A stretch of DNA of 62,116 nucleotides from Candidatus Aenigmatarchaeota archaeon (lineage in GTDB: Archaea > Aenigmatarchaeota > Aenigmatarchaeia > CG10238-14 > SpSt-28): NCBI GenBank assembly GCA_018920305.1, contig JAHLMO010000003.1:1-62116 (forward strand), in the 5' to 3' direction. This document shows positions 39,563 through 47,939 of this stretch, one piece after another. The position numbers and the translations under genes are program-made. Under the pieces are notes generated by a model that worked only from the letters and a program-made list of their open reading frames with translations, searched no databases and was not told where the DNA came from. The first letter of the stretch is position 1; every line of letters begins with the position of its first letter.

Positions 39563-39633
39563 GGGTCCGTAGTCTAGCGGTAGGACGCCGCCCTTACGAG
39601 GCGGAGATCCCGGTTCGACTCCGGGCGGACCCA
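39563..39633 (+). tRNA. tRNA-Val (anticodon TAC), no intron
   Basis: GGGTCCG-TA-GTCT-AGCGGTA-GGAC-G-CCGCC-CTTACGA-GGCGG-AGAT-CCCGG-TTCGACT-CCGGG-CGGACCC-A, followed by a T6 run. Confidence 0.9.
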
Positions 39634-39659
39634 TTTTTTAAAAAAATCAAAATTAATTT

Positions 39660-40637
39660 ATGATCGAAATCGATGGTAGCTATTTAGAAGGTGGTGGTCA
39701 AATTTTAAGAACTTCAATAGCTTTATCTTGCATTCTTAAAAAACCTTTTAGAATTTATAATATTAGAAAAAATAGACCGCAACCAGGATTGAAAGCTCAG
39801 CACTTGACTGGAGCAAAATTTGCAGCTAAATTATTAAATGCAGATGTTAAAGGATTATTTATCGGAAGTACTGAAGTCGAATTTATTCCAAAAGAAGAAA
39901 ATATTCCAAATTTCGAAGAAATTAATATTGGAACTGCTGGTAGCATTTCTCTGTTTTTGCAAACTATATACCCAATAATAGCTTTTTTATCAAATAAAAA
40001 AGTCAAACTAAGAATAATTGGTGGTACAAGCGTATTACATGCACCAACAATAGATTATATAGATTTAGTTAAGTTTGAAAACCTAAAATTTTTAGGTATA
40101 GAAAAACCAGAAATTAACATAATAAAACATGGGTTTTATCCAAAAGGTGGAGGAATAGTTGAAATAGAAATCTATCCAATAAAAAAATTAAATGGTGTAG
40201 AAATGATCGAAAAAAAGAATTTTATAAAGTATGTAGCAAGAATTTCTGCGTTTGAAGATGAAAAAAGAATAAGAGAAGAAGCTGAAGTTATAAAAAATGA
40301 ATTAAAAGAAGTTGAATTAAATATAAGGAATGAAAAAACATTAAGTAAAGGTTTTTCTGTTACTATTGCATCTTATTATGAAAATTGCATTTTAGGAAGC
40401 GATAGTTTAGAAAGTTCAAAGATTGCCATCAACAATTTAAAAAAGACTGAAAATTCTAATGCATGTTTAGATAAGTATATGGCAGATCAAATTTTAATTT
40501 ATTTGGCACTATGTGAAGAAAAGTCTATAATAAAGGTTGAAGAAATTACAAGTCATACACTTACAAATATCCATACTATAGAAAAGTTTTTAGGAAAAAT
40601 TTTTAGAGTTAAAGATAACATTATAGAGAAGGTTTAA
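39660..40637 (+). CDS. rtcA: RNA 3'-terminal phosphate cyclase
   Basis: MIEIDGSYLEGGGQILRTSIALSCILKKPFRIYNIR...PGLKAQHL is the RtcA N-terminal signature. The size fits. Confidence 0.88.
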   Translation: MIEIDGSYLEGGGQILRTSIALSCILKKPFRIYNIRKNRPQPGLKAQHLTGAKFAAKLLNADVKGLFIGSTEVEFIPKEENIPNFEEINIGTAGSISLFLQTIYPIIAFLSNKKVKLRIIGGTSVLHAPTIDYIDLVKFENLKFLGIEKPEINIIKHGFYPKGGGIVEIEIYPIKKLNGVEMIEKKNFIKYVARISAFEDEKRIREEAEVIKNELKEVELNIRNEKTLSKGFSVTIASYYENCILGSDSLESSKIAINNLKKTENSNACLDKYMADQILIYLALCEEKSIIKVEEITSHTLTNIHTIEKFLGKIFRVKDNIIEKV

Positions 40638-40673
40638 AAGTTTTTTATGTTATCTAAAATAAAAATAAAATTT

Positions 40674-40812
40674 CGCCGGGGGTGGGATTTGAACCCACGC
40701 GGGCTTAGAGCCCACCGGCTTTCTCTTATAACAAAATCATCATTATTTTCAGCTACCCCAGAGCTTATCATTTAACTCGAGGCCGGCGCCATATCCGCTA
40801 GGCGACCCCGGC
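40674..40812 (-). tRNA. tRNA-Ser (anticodon CGA, class II long variable arm) with 55-nt intron at 37/38 (40721-40775)
   Basis: Reverse complement reads GCCGGGG-TC-GCC-TAGCGGATAT-GGC-G-CCGGC-CTCGAG[55 nt]A-GCCGG-TGGGCTCTAAGCCCGC-GTGGG-TTCAAAT-CCCAC-CCCCGGC-G. Confidence 0.8.
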
Positions 40813-40844
40813 ATAATAAATTTGAAATTTTTGCTAAAATTTAA

Positions 40845-40899
40845 TTTATGAAGAATGCCGCCGCATCTGAATAATGATGAAAAGGAGTACTTCTGATTA
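40845..40899 (+). ncRNA. C/D box sRNA (2'-O-methylation guide)
   Basis: ATGAAGA (C, 40848-54) - 12 nt ATGCCGCCGCAT - CTGA (D', 40867-70) - ATA - ATGATGA (C', 40874-80) - 12 nt AAAGGAGTACTT - CTGA (D, 40893-96). Box order and both 12-nt spacers are canonical for archaeal sRNAs. It is a GC-rich island in an intergenic gap. Confidence 0.65.
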
Positions 40900-42048
40900 C
40901 GCATGATATATTTTTATTATATCTCTATGATTCAAAATATAGTCTTTACCTACTTTTTTTCTACTTTTAACTTCTATTGCATATAAAAAATTTTTAGCTA
41001 TTTCAGAATGAATTTTTTCTGCTAAATCTATTATTTTTGCATCTTTTTCTAATAAAATTGCATTTGGTAAAATATTTCCCTTTTTATCACTTAATTTATT
41101 TTCGTTTTCAACAGGAAAAACAACTTTATATTGCATAACATCAAAAACTAAAGCATTTAAAACATTCAATATAAAGCTTCCATTATATTTTCTTAGCAGT
41201 TCTCTAATTTTTTCTAATGCGTTTATTTGTTCATTACTTAATTCATTTTTCTTTAAAATTTCAAAATCTTTAAAATTGTATTTTATTATTCCTCTTTGAT
41301 CTAAAGTCCTTAAAATTAATTCGCTTAATGCACTACATTCAACAACTTTTATATTAATATTTTCTTTCTCTAAAAATTCTTTTAATTCTTTTAAATTTTT
41401 TTCAGAATTTTTTTCATCAATTTTATTTGCAGCGATAATCATTTTCTTACTTTCAAATAAAAGCGATTTAGAAAAATTATTTAAATCATCTATTTTATCG
41501 ATATGTTTTTCTAAATGTTCCTTTTTAATTCTTAACCCGCTAAGCTTTTGAGATAATACATCTATTAACTCTTTCTTATCTTTAAAAAATTTAGGAATGT
41601 GTTTTTGTATATTTTGTTTATACCATTGAACCAATTCATTTATAAGAAATTTTACTTCTTCTATTGGATTTAAAAATTCTACCTCTTTTCCTTCTAAGTC
41701 AGTTTTACCACTTATATCGATTACATAAATAATACCGTCTACATGATTTATAGCTGATAAGAATTCTGCTCCTAATCCTCTTCCCTTATGAGCTTCTGGA
41801 ATTAATCCTGGGACATCCCAAAGAACTATTGGAATAAATCTTAATCCATCAATGCAAAATCCATCTTGTGGATTACACTTAACATTAAATTCTTTACAAA
41901 CACATTGAGTTGATATATAAGCAATTCCTTTGTTTGGTTTTAAAGTTGTAAAAGGAATATTTGAAATTTTAACATCCATTAGAGTTGCTGCTTTAAAAAA
42001 TGTAGATTTTCCAGAGTTTGGCTTTCCAACTAACGCGATTTCAATCAT
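40897..42048 (-). CDS. ychF: Obg-like GTPase/ATPase of the YchF/OLA1 type with C-terminal TGS-like domain
   Basis: G1 motif at the extreme N-terminus IALVGKPNSGKSTFF, PFTTLKPNKG (G2), DVPGLI (G3), AANKID (G4) and a C-terminal beta-grasp-like end GKDYILNHRDIIKI. Confidence 0.75.
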   Translation of the reverse strand: MIEIALVGKPNSGKSTFFKAATLMDVKISNIPFTTLKPNKGIAYISTQCVCKEFNVKCNPQDGFCIDGLRFIPIVLWDVPGLIPEAHKGRGLGAEFLSAINHVDGIIYVIDISGKTDLEGKEVEFLNPIEEVKFLINELVQWYKQNIQKHIPKFFKDKKELIDVLSQKLSGLRIKKEHLEKHIDKIDDLNNFSKSLLFESKKMIIAANKIDEKNSEKNLKELKEFLEKENINIKVVECSALSELILRTLDQRGIIKYNFKDFEILKKNELSNEQINALEKIRELLRKYNGSFILNVLNALVFDVMQYKVVFPVENENKLSDKKGNILPNAILLEKDAKIIDLAEKIHSEIAKNFLYAIEVKSRKKVGKDYILNHRDIIKIYHA

Positions 42049-42084
42049 TTATAACTATTTATTAATTCAAACAAATAAAAACAT

Positions 42085-43494
42085 ATGAAAAAAGATATAA
42101 TAATCTTAAATGAAAATAGTAATATTGCTATATCAACTCTATGGTCAAAAAAAGAAATAATTTTAAATCAACTACAAGAAAAAATAAGAAGTAAAATCGG
42201 AATTATTGGAACTACTTATACAACTTACGGAATTAATTTTATTTTAGAAACGCTAGCACAATTTCCAAAAATAGATACTTTAATAATCTATGGTGCTGAT
42301 TTATCTCTAAGTGGAAAAGCTTTAATCGATGTTTTTAAGAACAAAAATTTTAGAGATTATAAAATAGTTTTTCCAATAAATAAAATTGAAAATGTTTTGA
42401 ACACAGTTAAAATTATTGATTTAAGAGAAGAATTTAAAAAAAATAATATTAAAAAACTTGAAGAAGAAATAGAAAAAAATTTTAAAACAAATGCAAAAGA
42501 AGTTAGAGAAAAAATCGATATAACAATTGAAGAAAAAGTAGAATTAGCTTCTTGGCCAATTCCATTAAGCGGTAGCTATATATACGATACAAGCATTTTT
42601 AGAGCATGGATAAAGACCTTAGACTTAATAATGAAATTTGGAAGCGTAAAGTTTTCAGAATATGAAGAACCACAAAAAGAATTTTTAAATTTAATGATTA
42701 CTATAGGTCTATATGGTAAAGAATATAAAATTGAAGAGGAATTTTTTGAATTTTTGAAAAGAGAAGATTTTGAAAGGCATATTAATGAAGTTCTATACCC
42801 AAAAAAATCAGAGAGTGTTGATTATACGTATGGAGAAAGAATCTTTGAACATAGATTTGGGAAAAATCAAGTTAAATATTTAATCGATAAGTTATCTAAA
42901 GCTCCATATTCAAGAAGAGCTTTAATCGTTTCATGGGATCATCTAATAGATCAGAATTCCTCGAATCCACCATGTATAATAGGTATTCAAGGAATAATAA
43001 CAGAAAATTATTATAATCATACCGTTTGGATTAGAAGTAATGATATGGTTAAAGGATGGCCTATAAATATTGTTGCTCAAATAAAATTAGCAGAATATAT
43101 TGTTAATGAAATAAATAGAGAGACTAAGTCGAATTTTGAAATCGGAACAATAACAACAATCTCTACGAGTGCACATATTTATAAGCATGATTGGAATTTA
43201 GTGAGAGAAATACTAAATAAATATTCATTTAAAATGAAGGAGTTCGTAGAAGATCCTAAAGGTTTATTTTTAATTTATCAAGAAAATGATAAAATAGTCC
43301 TAGAACATAGAACTCCAGATAATTCTTCAATAGATTTTAAAATCGAAAGTAAAGATTTTTGGGAAATATACAATTCCTTGAAGGGCGGAAGTTTTTTTAG
43401 TTTATATGATCATGCTTTATACTTAGGAAAAGAAATAACAAAAGCTTTTGAAAAATTAAAAAGAGGAGAGAAGTATATTCAAGATCAAGCTTAA
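42085..43494 (+). CDS. thymidylate synthase (ThyA)-like C-terminal domain fused to an unassigned ~250-aa N-terminal domain
   Basis: The C-terminal half has SRRALIVSWDHL...NPPCIIGIQGII...WIRSNDMVKGWPINIVAQIKLAEYI...SAHIYKHD, paralleling the ThyA motifs RR..W(N/D)P, PPC(H), RS.D...G.PFNI and (D)AH.Y. Confidence 0.6.
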   Translation: MKKDIIILNENSNIAISTLWSKKEIILNQLQEKIRSKIGIIGTTYTTYGINFILETLAQFPKIDTLIIYGADLSLSGKALIDVFKNKNFRDYKIVFPINKIENVLNTVKIIDLREEFKKNNIKKLEEEIEKNFKTNAKEVREKIDITIEEKVELASWPIPLSGSYIYDTSIFRAWIKTLDLIMKFGSVKFSEYEEPQKEFLNLMITIGLYGKEYKIEEEFFEFLKREDFERHINEVLYPKKSESVDYTYGERIFEHRFGKNQVKYLIDKLSKAPYSRRALIVSWDHLIDQNSSNPPCIIGIQGIITENYYNHTVWIRSNDMVKGWPINIVAQIKLAEYIVNEINRETKSNFEIGTITTISTSAHIYKHDWNLVREILNKYSFKMKEFVEDPKGLFLIYQENDKIVLEHRTPDNSSIDFKIESKDFWEIYNSLKGGSFFSLYDHALYLGKEITKAFEKLKRGEKYIQDQA

Positions 43495-43554
43495 AATTAA
43501 ATTAAAATAAAATTAATTTAAATTAATTTGATGTGATTTAAATTATAATTATAA

Positions 43555-43677
43555 GCGGGGGTCGCCTAGCCTGGCCAAGGGCGTCGGGCTTAAGATAAAT
43601 AAAATCTTAAGCTTTGAATAAATGATAAGAAACCCGATGGCGTAGAGCCGTCGTGGGTTCAAATCCCACCCCCCGCA
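43555..43677 (+). tRNA. tRNA-Leu (anticodon TAA, class II) with 37-nt intron at 37/38 (43595-43631)
   Basis: GCGGGGG-TC-GCC-TAGCCTGGCCAAG-GGC-G-TCGGG-CTTAAG[ATAAATAAAATCTTAAGCTTTGAATAAATGATAAGAA]A-CCCGA-TGGCGTAGAGCCGTC-GTGGG-TTCAAAT-CCCAC-CCCCCGC-A. Confidence 0.85.
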
Positions 43678-43766
43678 ATTCTATTAAATTACATAATTTT
43701 AATTATCATTTATCATTATTGATATACATTATAAAACATATATCATCGTCTTATATTAATTATTAT

Positions 43767-44741
43767 ATGGTGGTACCAATACCAAAGAATATAGAAGATG
43801 GGATGAATGAAAAAACGAAAAGAGCATTCTATGCCTTAACACAAAATCTATTTGTCGATGACATCGAGAAAGTTTTAGACGAAAAAGAATCACTTACCTA
43901 TGTTACAAAAAATATGAAAATATTAAGAATAGAAAAAGGATACGATGAATTTCATATATCTTCATACACAAATTCATATTATATAGAAGATATCTATAGA
44001 GTAAAGTTACATGGAAACATAGATTCATATTTACCCATTTTTTCAGATAAGGACTTCCAAAAATTATTATATTCCTCTAATATAATTGTAAAAGTCTCAG
44101 AGTCACGATACGATAACGATAGACAAGTAACAGTATATGTACCATTTTATCTTATGTCTGACATCTTAAGAATAATTTCAAAGTATTATCCATTAAACTC
44201 AAATCTATCAAAAGTATATAATGAAGTAGTTAAAATTAATAGAATTGAAATTGCAAAAAACATTTATGCTAGAATTTCACCGAACATTCATGGAGATTAC
44301 TTAAATCTTGAGAAGCTTTTAGATAGAGAATATATAGACGATAAAACATTAAAAAACCTTGATCATATCGATAAAATACTTAGAAAAGCATTTATATATG
44401 CAAACAATCCCAATAAGTCTAGCAATATTAATGTTTATGCAGTTCCAAGAAACAAAATAAAAGATACAATACCAAAAGATTATTCTATCTATCAAATAAA
44501 AAATAATGATAAAAACATAGACATATATGTAGTAACGCTACTTCTTAACCTTACAAAAGAAAATAAACCAGTATATTGTCCTGGTATAGTCATTGAAAGA
44601 AAGAGAGAAAATGGAAAAGATATATTAAATGTCCTTACTCCAAAAGGTAATATAAAGATAGATTTAAATAATGATAAAGAGTTAAGTTATATAAGTAGAC
44701 ATCCACTTAAATTCATTACACAAGAAATTTCTTATAAGTAA
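43767..44741 (+). CDS. hypothetical protein (about 324 aa), no recognisable domain
   Basis: The track ORF starts at 43653 inside the tRNA-Leu. The ATG at 43767 (MVVPIPKNIEDG...) is the first start clear of the tRNA. Asn/Lys/Tyr-rich, with no motifs recognised. Confidence 0.55.
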   Translation: MVVPIPKNIEDGMNEKTKRAFYALTQNLFVDDIEKVLDEKESLTYVTKNMKILRIEKGYDEFHISSYTNSYYIEDIYRVKLHGNIDSYLPIFSDKDFQKLLYSSNIIVKVSESRYDNDRQVTVYVPFYLMSDILRIISKYYPLNSNLSKVYNEVVKINRIEIAKNIYARISPNIHGDYLNLEKLLDREYIDDKTLKNLDHIDKILRKAFIYANNPNKSSNINVYAVPRNKIKDTIPKDYSIYQIKNNDKNIDIYVVTLLLNLTKENKPVYCPGIVIERKRENGKDILNVLTPKGNIKIDLNNDKELSYISRHPLKFITQEISYK

Positions 44742-44795
44742 CTCGAAATCATCACTCAAAAAATATATTAATTTTTATTAAAATATATATTCTCT

Positions 44796-45020
44796 ATGGT
44801 AAGAAAAGTTGGACCTAGTGGAAGATTTGGTCCAAGGTATGGAATGAAATTAAGAGAGAAAATCGATGAAATAGAAACTATTCAAAAAAAACTCCATATA
44901 TGTCCAAGTTGTGGTTTCAAAAAGTTAAAAAGGATATCAACAGGTATATGGTATTGTAAAAAATGTAATAAAAAAGTAGCATCTTCAGCATATTTACCTC
45001 CTGGAGTAAAAATTAAATAA
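44796..45020 (+). CDS. rpl37ae: 50S ribosomal protein L37Ae (eL43)
   Basis: GRFGPRYG...CPSCGFKKLKRISTGIWYCKKCNKKVA is a zinc ribbon typical of eL43. Confidence 0.9.
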   Translation: MVRKVGPSGRFGPRYGMKLREKIDEIETIQKKLHICPSCGFKKLKRISTGIWYCKKCNKKVASSAYLPPGVKIK

Positions 45021-45022
45021 TT

Positions 45023-45148
45023 ATGTATAGATGTATTAATTGCAAAAGAGTTTACGATAAATTGGACAGATTAGTTTGTTTAAATTGTGGTGGTAGAATT
45101 TTTGAAAAAGTTAGACCTTCAAAAATTATAAGAGTAAGAGCGAGATGA
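45023..45148 (+). CDS. rpoP: DNA-directed RNA polymerase subunit P (Rpo12/RpoP), 41 aa
   Basis: Below the track cutoff. MYRCINCKRVYDKLDRLVCLNCGGRIFEKVRPSKIIRVRAR has CxxC...CxxCG zinc-ribbon spacing and a K-R-P tail like Rpo12. It sits directly after rpl37ae, which is the conserved archaeal neighbourhood. Its stop overlaps the next ATG. Confidence 0.7.
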   Translation: MYRCINCKRVYDKLDRLVCLNCGGRIFEKVRPSKIIRVRAR

Positions 45149-46230
45149 TTTCGGAAGCAATTACAATAGATGAAAATAAGACTATAGGAGAAGCTTTAAA
45201 ATTAATTAAAAATCTAAATCTAAGAGAAATTGTAATTACAGATGAAGAAAATAGATATAAAGGAATAATTAGACTAAGAGATTTAATTACTGAAAAAAAT
45301 TTAAAAGAAAAATTGAAAAAGGTTAAAAAAAGAGATTGTAAAGTTTACAAAATTGATGAAATCGAAGCTGCTAAAAGAATGATAGAAAGCGATTGTTATT
45401 TAGCTGCGCTATTAGATAAGGAAAATAGAGTTAAAGGAATTATTAAAATTGATTCACTTTTAGAAATAATAAAAGAAAAATTTGGAAATGTTAAAGCAGA
45501 AGACATCGAAACAAAAAATATAATTATTTTAGAATCGAAAGAACCAATTTATAAAGCGATAAAATATATGGCAAAGTATAACATTTCTCATATTCCATTA
45601 ATAGAAAATAAAAAACTTGCTGGAATAGTTTCATCTAAAGACATAACAGATTTTATTCTAAAGGAATTTAAAGAAAAGACAACATTAGGAGAACTAATAG
45701 GAAAAAAACTTAAGATTTTCGAAAACCCTATAATATCAATTGCGACTAAAAATGTTATAACATATTCTAGTGATGAAAAAATTTCTAATATAATTAAAAA
45801 AATGTTTTATTATAAAATTTCTTGCGTTGTTAATGAAAATTTACAAGGAATAATAACTAAAAAAGATTTACTAAAGGTTTTAATAAAAGATGAAAAAGAA
45901 AAAATAAATGTAATAATTATTGGAAAAGAGAATATAAAGAAATATTATTCTGATTACGTTGACTTCTATATAAAGAATTTTATTAAAAAAATAAGAAAAA
46001 TATTTAATCAAGGATTTTTGAAATTACATATAGAAAAACGTAGAGATATTTATACCATTAACTTAGTTTTTAGTGACTATAAGAGCAGATTTATCGCAAC
46101 AAGAGAAGGTAGAGAATTTTTAGAAGTTTTACAAGAATGTTTTGATATAATTAGAAGTGAAATTTTTGAAAAATATTTAGATATAAAGAAAGAGAAAAGA
46201 AGATTAATCGAATATTTAAAGTATTTTTAA
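45145..46230 (+). CDS. CBS-domain protein (repeated CBS pairs) with an uncharacterised C-terminal domain
   Basis: Repeated CBS-like units, for example ITIDENKTIGEALKLIKNLNLREIVITDEENRYKGIIRLRDL and IYKAIKYMAKYNISHIPLIENKKLAGIVSSKDI. Confidence 0.7.
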   Translation: MISEAITIDENKTIGEALKLIKNLNLREIVITDEENRYKGIIRLRDLITEKNLKEKLKKVKKRDCKVYKIDEIEAAKRMIESDCYLAALLDKENRVKGIIKIDSLLEIIKEKFGNVKAEDIETKNIIILESKEPIYKAIKYMAKYNISHIPLIENKKLAGIVSSKDITDFILKEFKEKTTLGELIGKKLKIFENPIISIATKNVITYSSDEKISNIIKKMFYYKISCVVNENLQGIITKKDLLKVLIKDEKEKINVIIIGKENIKKYYSDYVDFYIKNFIKKIRKIFNQGFLKLHIEKRRDIYTINLVFSDYKSRFIATREGREFLEVLQECFDIIRSEIFEKYLDIKKEKRRLIEYLKYF

Positions 46231-46241
46231 GATTAATTCTT

Positions 46242-46763
46242 ATGGATAGACAACTAATTATCGTTCTAATTGCATTGTTTATTTCTATCTTATCATTCAT
46301 CGTATCTCTTTACCAAAAGGAAATTCTACAAGATGTTTCTGAATTAATAAAAATTTTTCCACAACTTTCGACAGAAGAATATTCTAGAGTTGAAAAAATT
46401 GATGTAATTCCAGAAAATGGCGCATTAATTTTATATTCGGGATGCTATAGATTAATAGGCTATATTGAAGATGTCCAAATAAGATCGATTAGTAATGCAC
46501 TACAAAAAAGAAGAGATTGGAGACCGAATACGCATGATGTAACTTCTGATATTTTTAAAGAATTTAATATAAAGCTTATTGACGTAAGAATTGAAGAAGT
46601 TAGAAATAATTCCTATATTGCAAGAGCTTTTATTTCTCAAGGAAATAAAATAAGAGAAATTGATATTAGACCTAGTGATGGAATTGCACTAGCATTAAGA
46701 TTGGATGCTCCAATCTATATAAGGAATAGCTTATTAGTATCGAGCGGAGAAAAATATTGTTAA
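46242..46763 (+). CDS. bifunctional nuclease (BFN/DUF151) family protein with N-terminal TM helix
   Basis: YIARAFISQGNKIREIDIRPSDGIALALRLDAPIYI matches the BFN-domain core (RPSDAIALA). Confidence 0.65.
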   Translation: MDRQLIIVLIALFISILSFIVSLYQKEILQDVSELIKIFPQLSTEEYSRVEKIDVIPENGALILYSGCYRLIGYIEDVQIRSISNALQKRRDWRPNTHDVTSDIFKEFNIKLIDVRIEEVRNNSYIARAFISQGNKIREIDIRPSDGIALALRLDAPIYIRNSLLVSSGEKYC

Positions 46764-46769
46764 ATTTAA

Positions 46770-47333
46770 ATGAAAATCTTGAAAAAAAGTTTTTATAAAA
46801 GAGATACTAAAGAAGTTGCAAAAGATTTATTAGGAAAGTACCTAATTAGAGAATTTGATAATAAAAAATTAATTGGAAAGATTGTTGAAGTTGAAGCATA
46901 TTATGGAAAAGAAGATCCCGCATCTAGAGCTTATTTAGGATTTCCAAAATATGTTGTAAATTCCTTATATGGAGACGTAGGAATAACTCTAATTTATATG
47001 GTTCATTCCAATTGGTTATTAAATATTGTTGCGCACCAAAAAAATAAAGCAGGTGCTGTATTAATAAGAGCAATTGAACCAATAAAAAATATTAATTTTG
47101 AAACTAATGGTCCTGGAAAATTAACGAAAGCATTAAAAATTGATAAAAGTTTAAATGGAATAAAAGTTTATAAAAAGGGCTTATTATATATAGCAAAGAG
47201 TAAAGAAGAAAAATTTGAAATAGAGAGCTCAAAAAGAATCGGTGTAAAAAGAGATTTAGAAGAAAATTTGAGATTTTATATAAAAGACAATAAGTTTGTG
47301 TCAAGAAAACAATTTTCTAAAAAACAAAACTAA
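46770..47333 (+). CDS. mpg: DNA-3-methyladenine glycosylase (MPG/AAG family)
   Basis: FYKRDTKEVAKDLLGKYLIRE...GKIVEVEAYYGKEDPASRAY...NGPGKLTKAL shows the MPG family motifs. Confidence 0.75.
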   Translation: MKILKKSFYKRDTKEVAKDLLGKYLIREFDNKKLIGKIVEVEAYYGKEDPASRAYLGFPKYVVNSLYGDVGITLIYMVHSNWLLNIVAHQKNKAGAVLIRAIEPIKNINFETNGPGKLTKALKIDKSLNGIKVYKKGLLYIAKSKEEKFEIESSKRIGVKRDLEENLRFYIKDNKFVSRKQFSKKQN

Positions 47334-47939
47334 GGTTTCTATCTTTTTTTCTTTTTTTCTATGAAACCAAAAAATTTTTTTAATAGGAAAAAGATACTTT
47401 TTATACTTTACTAATTCAAAATTATATTTTTTCGAAAAATTTATAAAAAATTCAATATTTTTGCCGTTTGGATTTATTGAAACAACAAAATTTGAATAAT
47501 TAAAAGCAAATTCTAAAAACTCCAAATCTTTAATTTTTCCTTGAATTCCAAAAGGAGGATTCATTATCGATAAATCAAAATACTCTTTAAATTTAATTTG
47601 TTTCATATTACCTATACAAAAAAATATTTTTGAAATATTATGATTTTCGTATTCGTTTTTTATTTTTTCATAATTTTCTTTAGCAATCTTTATAGCATCT
47701 TTATCTATATCGAAAGCAAAGATTAATTTTGGATTAAAAAAAGATAATGCTATTGAAAATTTAGCAGTTCCACAAGCAATTTCCAGAATTTTTTTATTTC
47801 TAATTAAATTCATTAAATTTAATTCGTTAACTATTTCACTTATTAAATCGCTAGGAGTTTCGTATTGTTCTAACTCTACTTTTGGATTTTCAAAACTCTT
47901 CAAATTAGATAGAATTACTTCTAACTCCTTTTTCTTCAT
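47301..47939 (-). CDS. SAM-dependent RNA methyltransferase, METTL5-like (COG2263 type)
   Basis: FENPKVELEQYETPSDLISEI, ILEIACGT (motif I) and the catalytic MNPPFG (NPPF). Confidence 0.7.
   Translation of the reverse strand: MKKKELEVILSNLKSFENPKVELEQYETPSDLISEIVNELNLMNLIRNKKILEIACGTAKFSIALSFFNPKLIFAFDIDKDAIKIAKENYEKIKNEYENHNISKIFFCIGNMKQIKFKEYFDLSIMNPPFGIQGKIKDLEFLEFAFNYSNFVVSINPNGKNIEFFINFSKKYNFELVKYKKYLFPIKKIFWFHRKKEKKIETLVLFFRKLFS

Noticed and set aside
43653-43766. N-terminal extension of the 362-aa track ORF
   Set aside because: The first 8 codons overlap the 3' end of tRNA-Leu (MGSNPTPR = tRNA T-arm sequence). I moved the start to the ATG at 43767.
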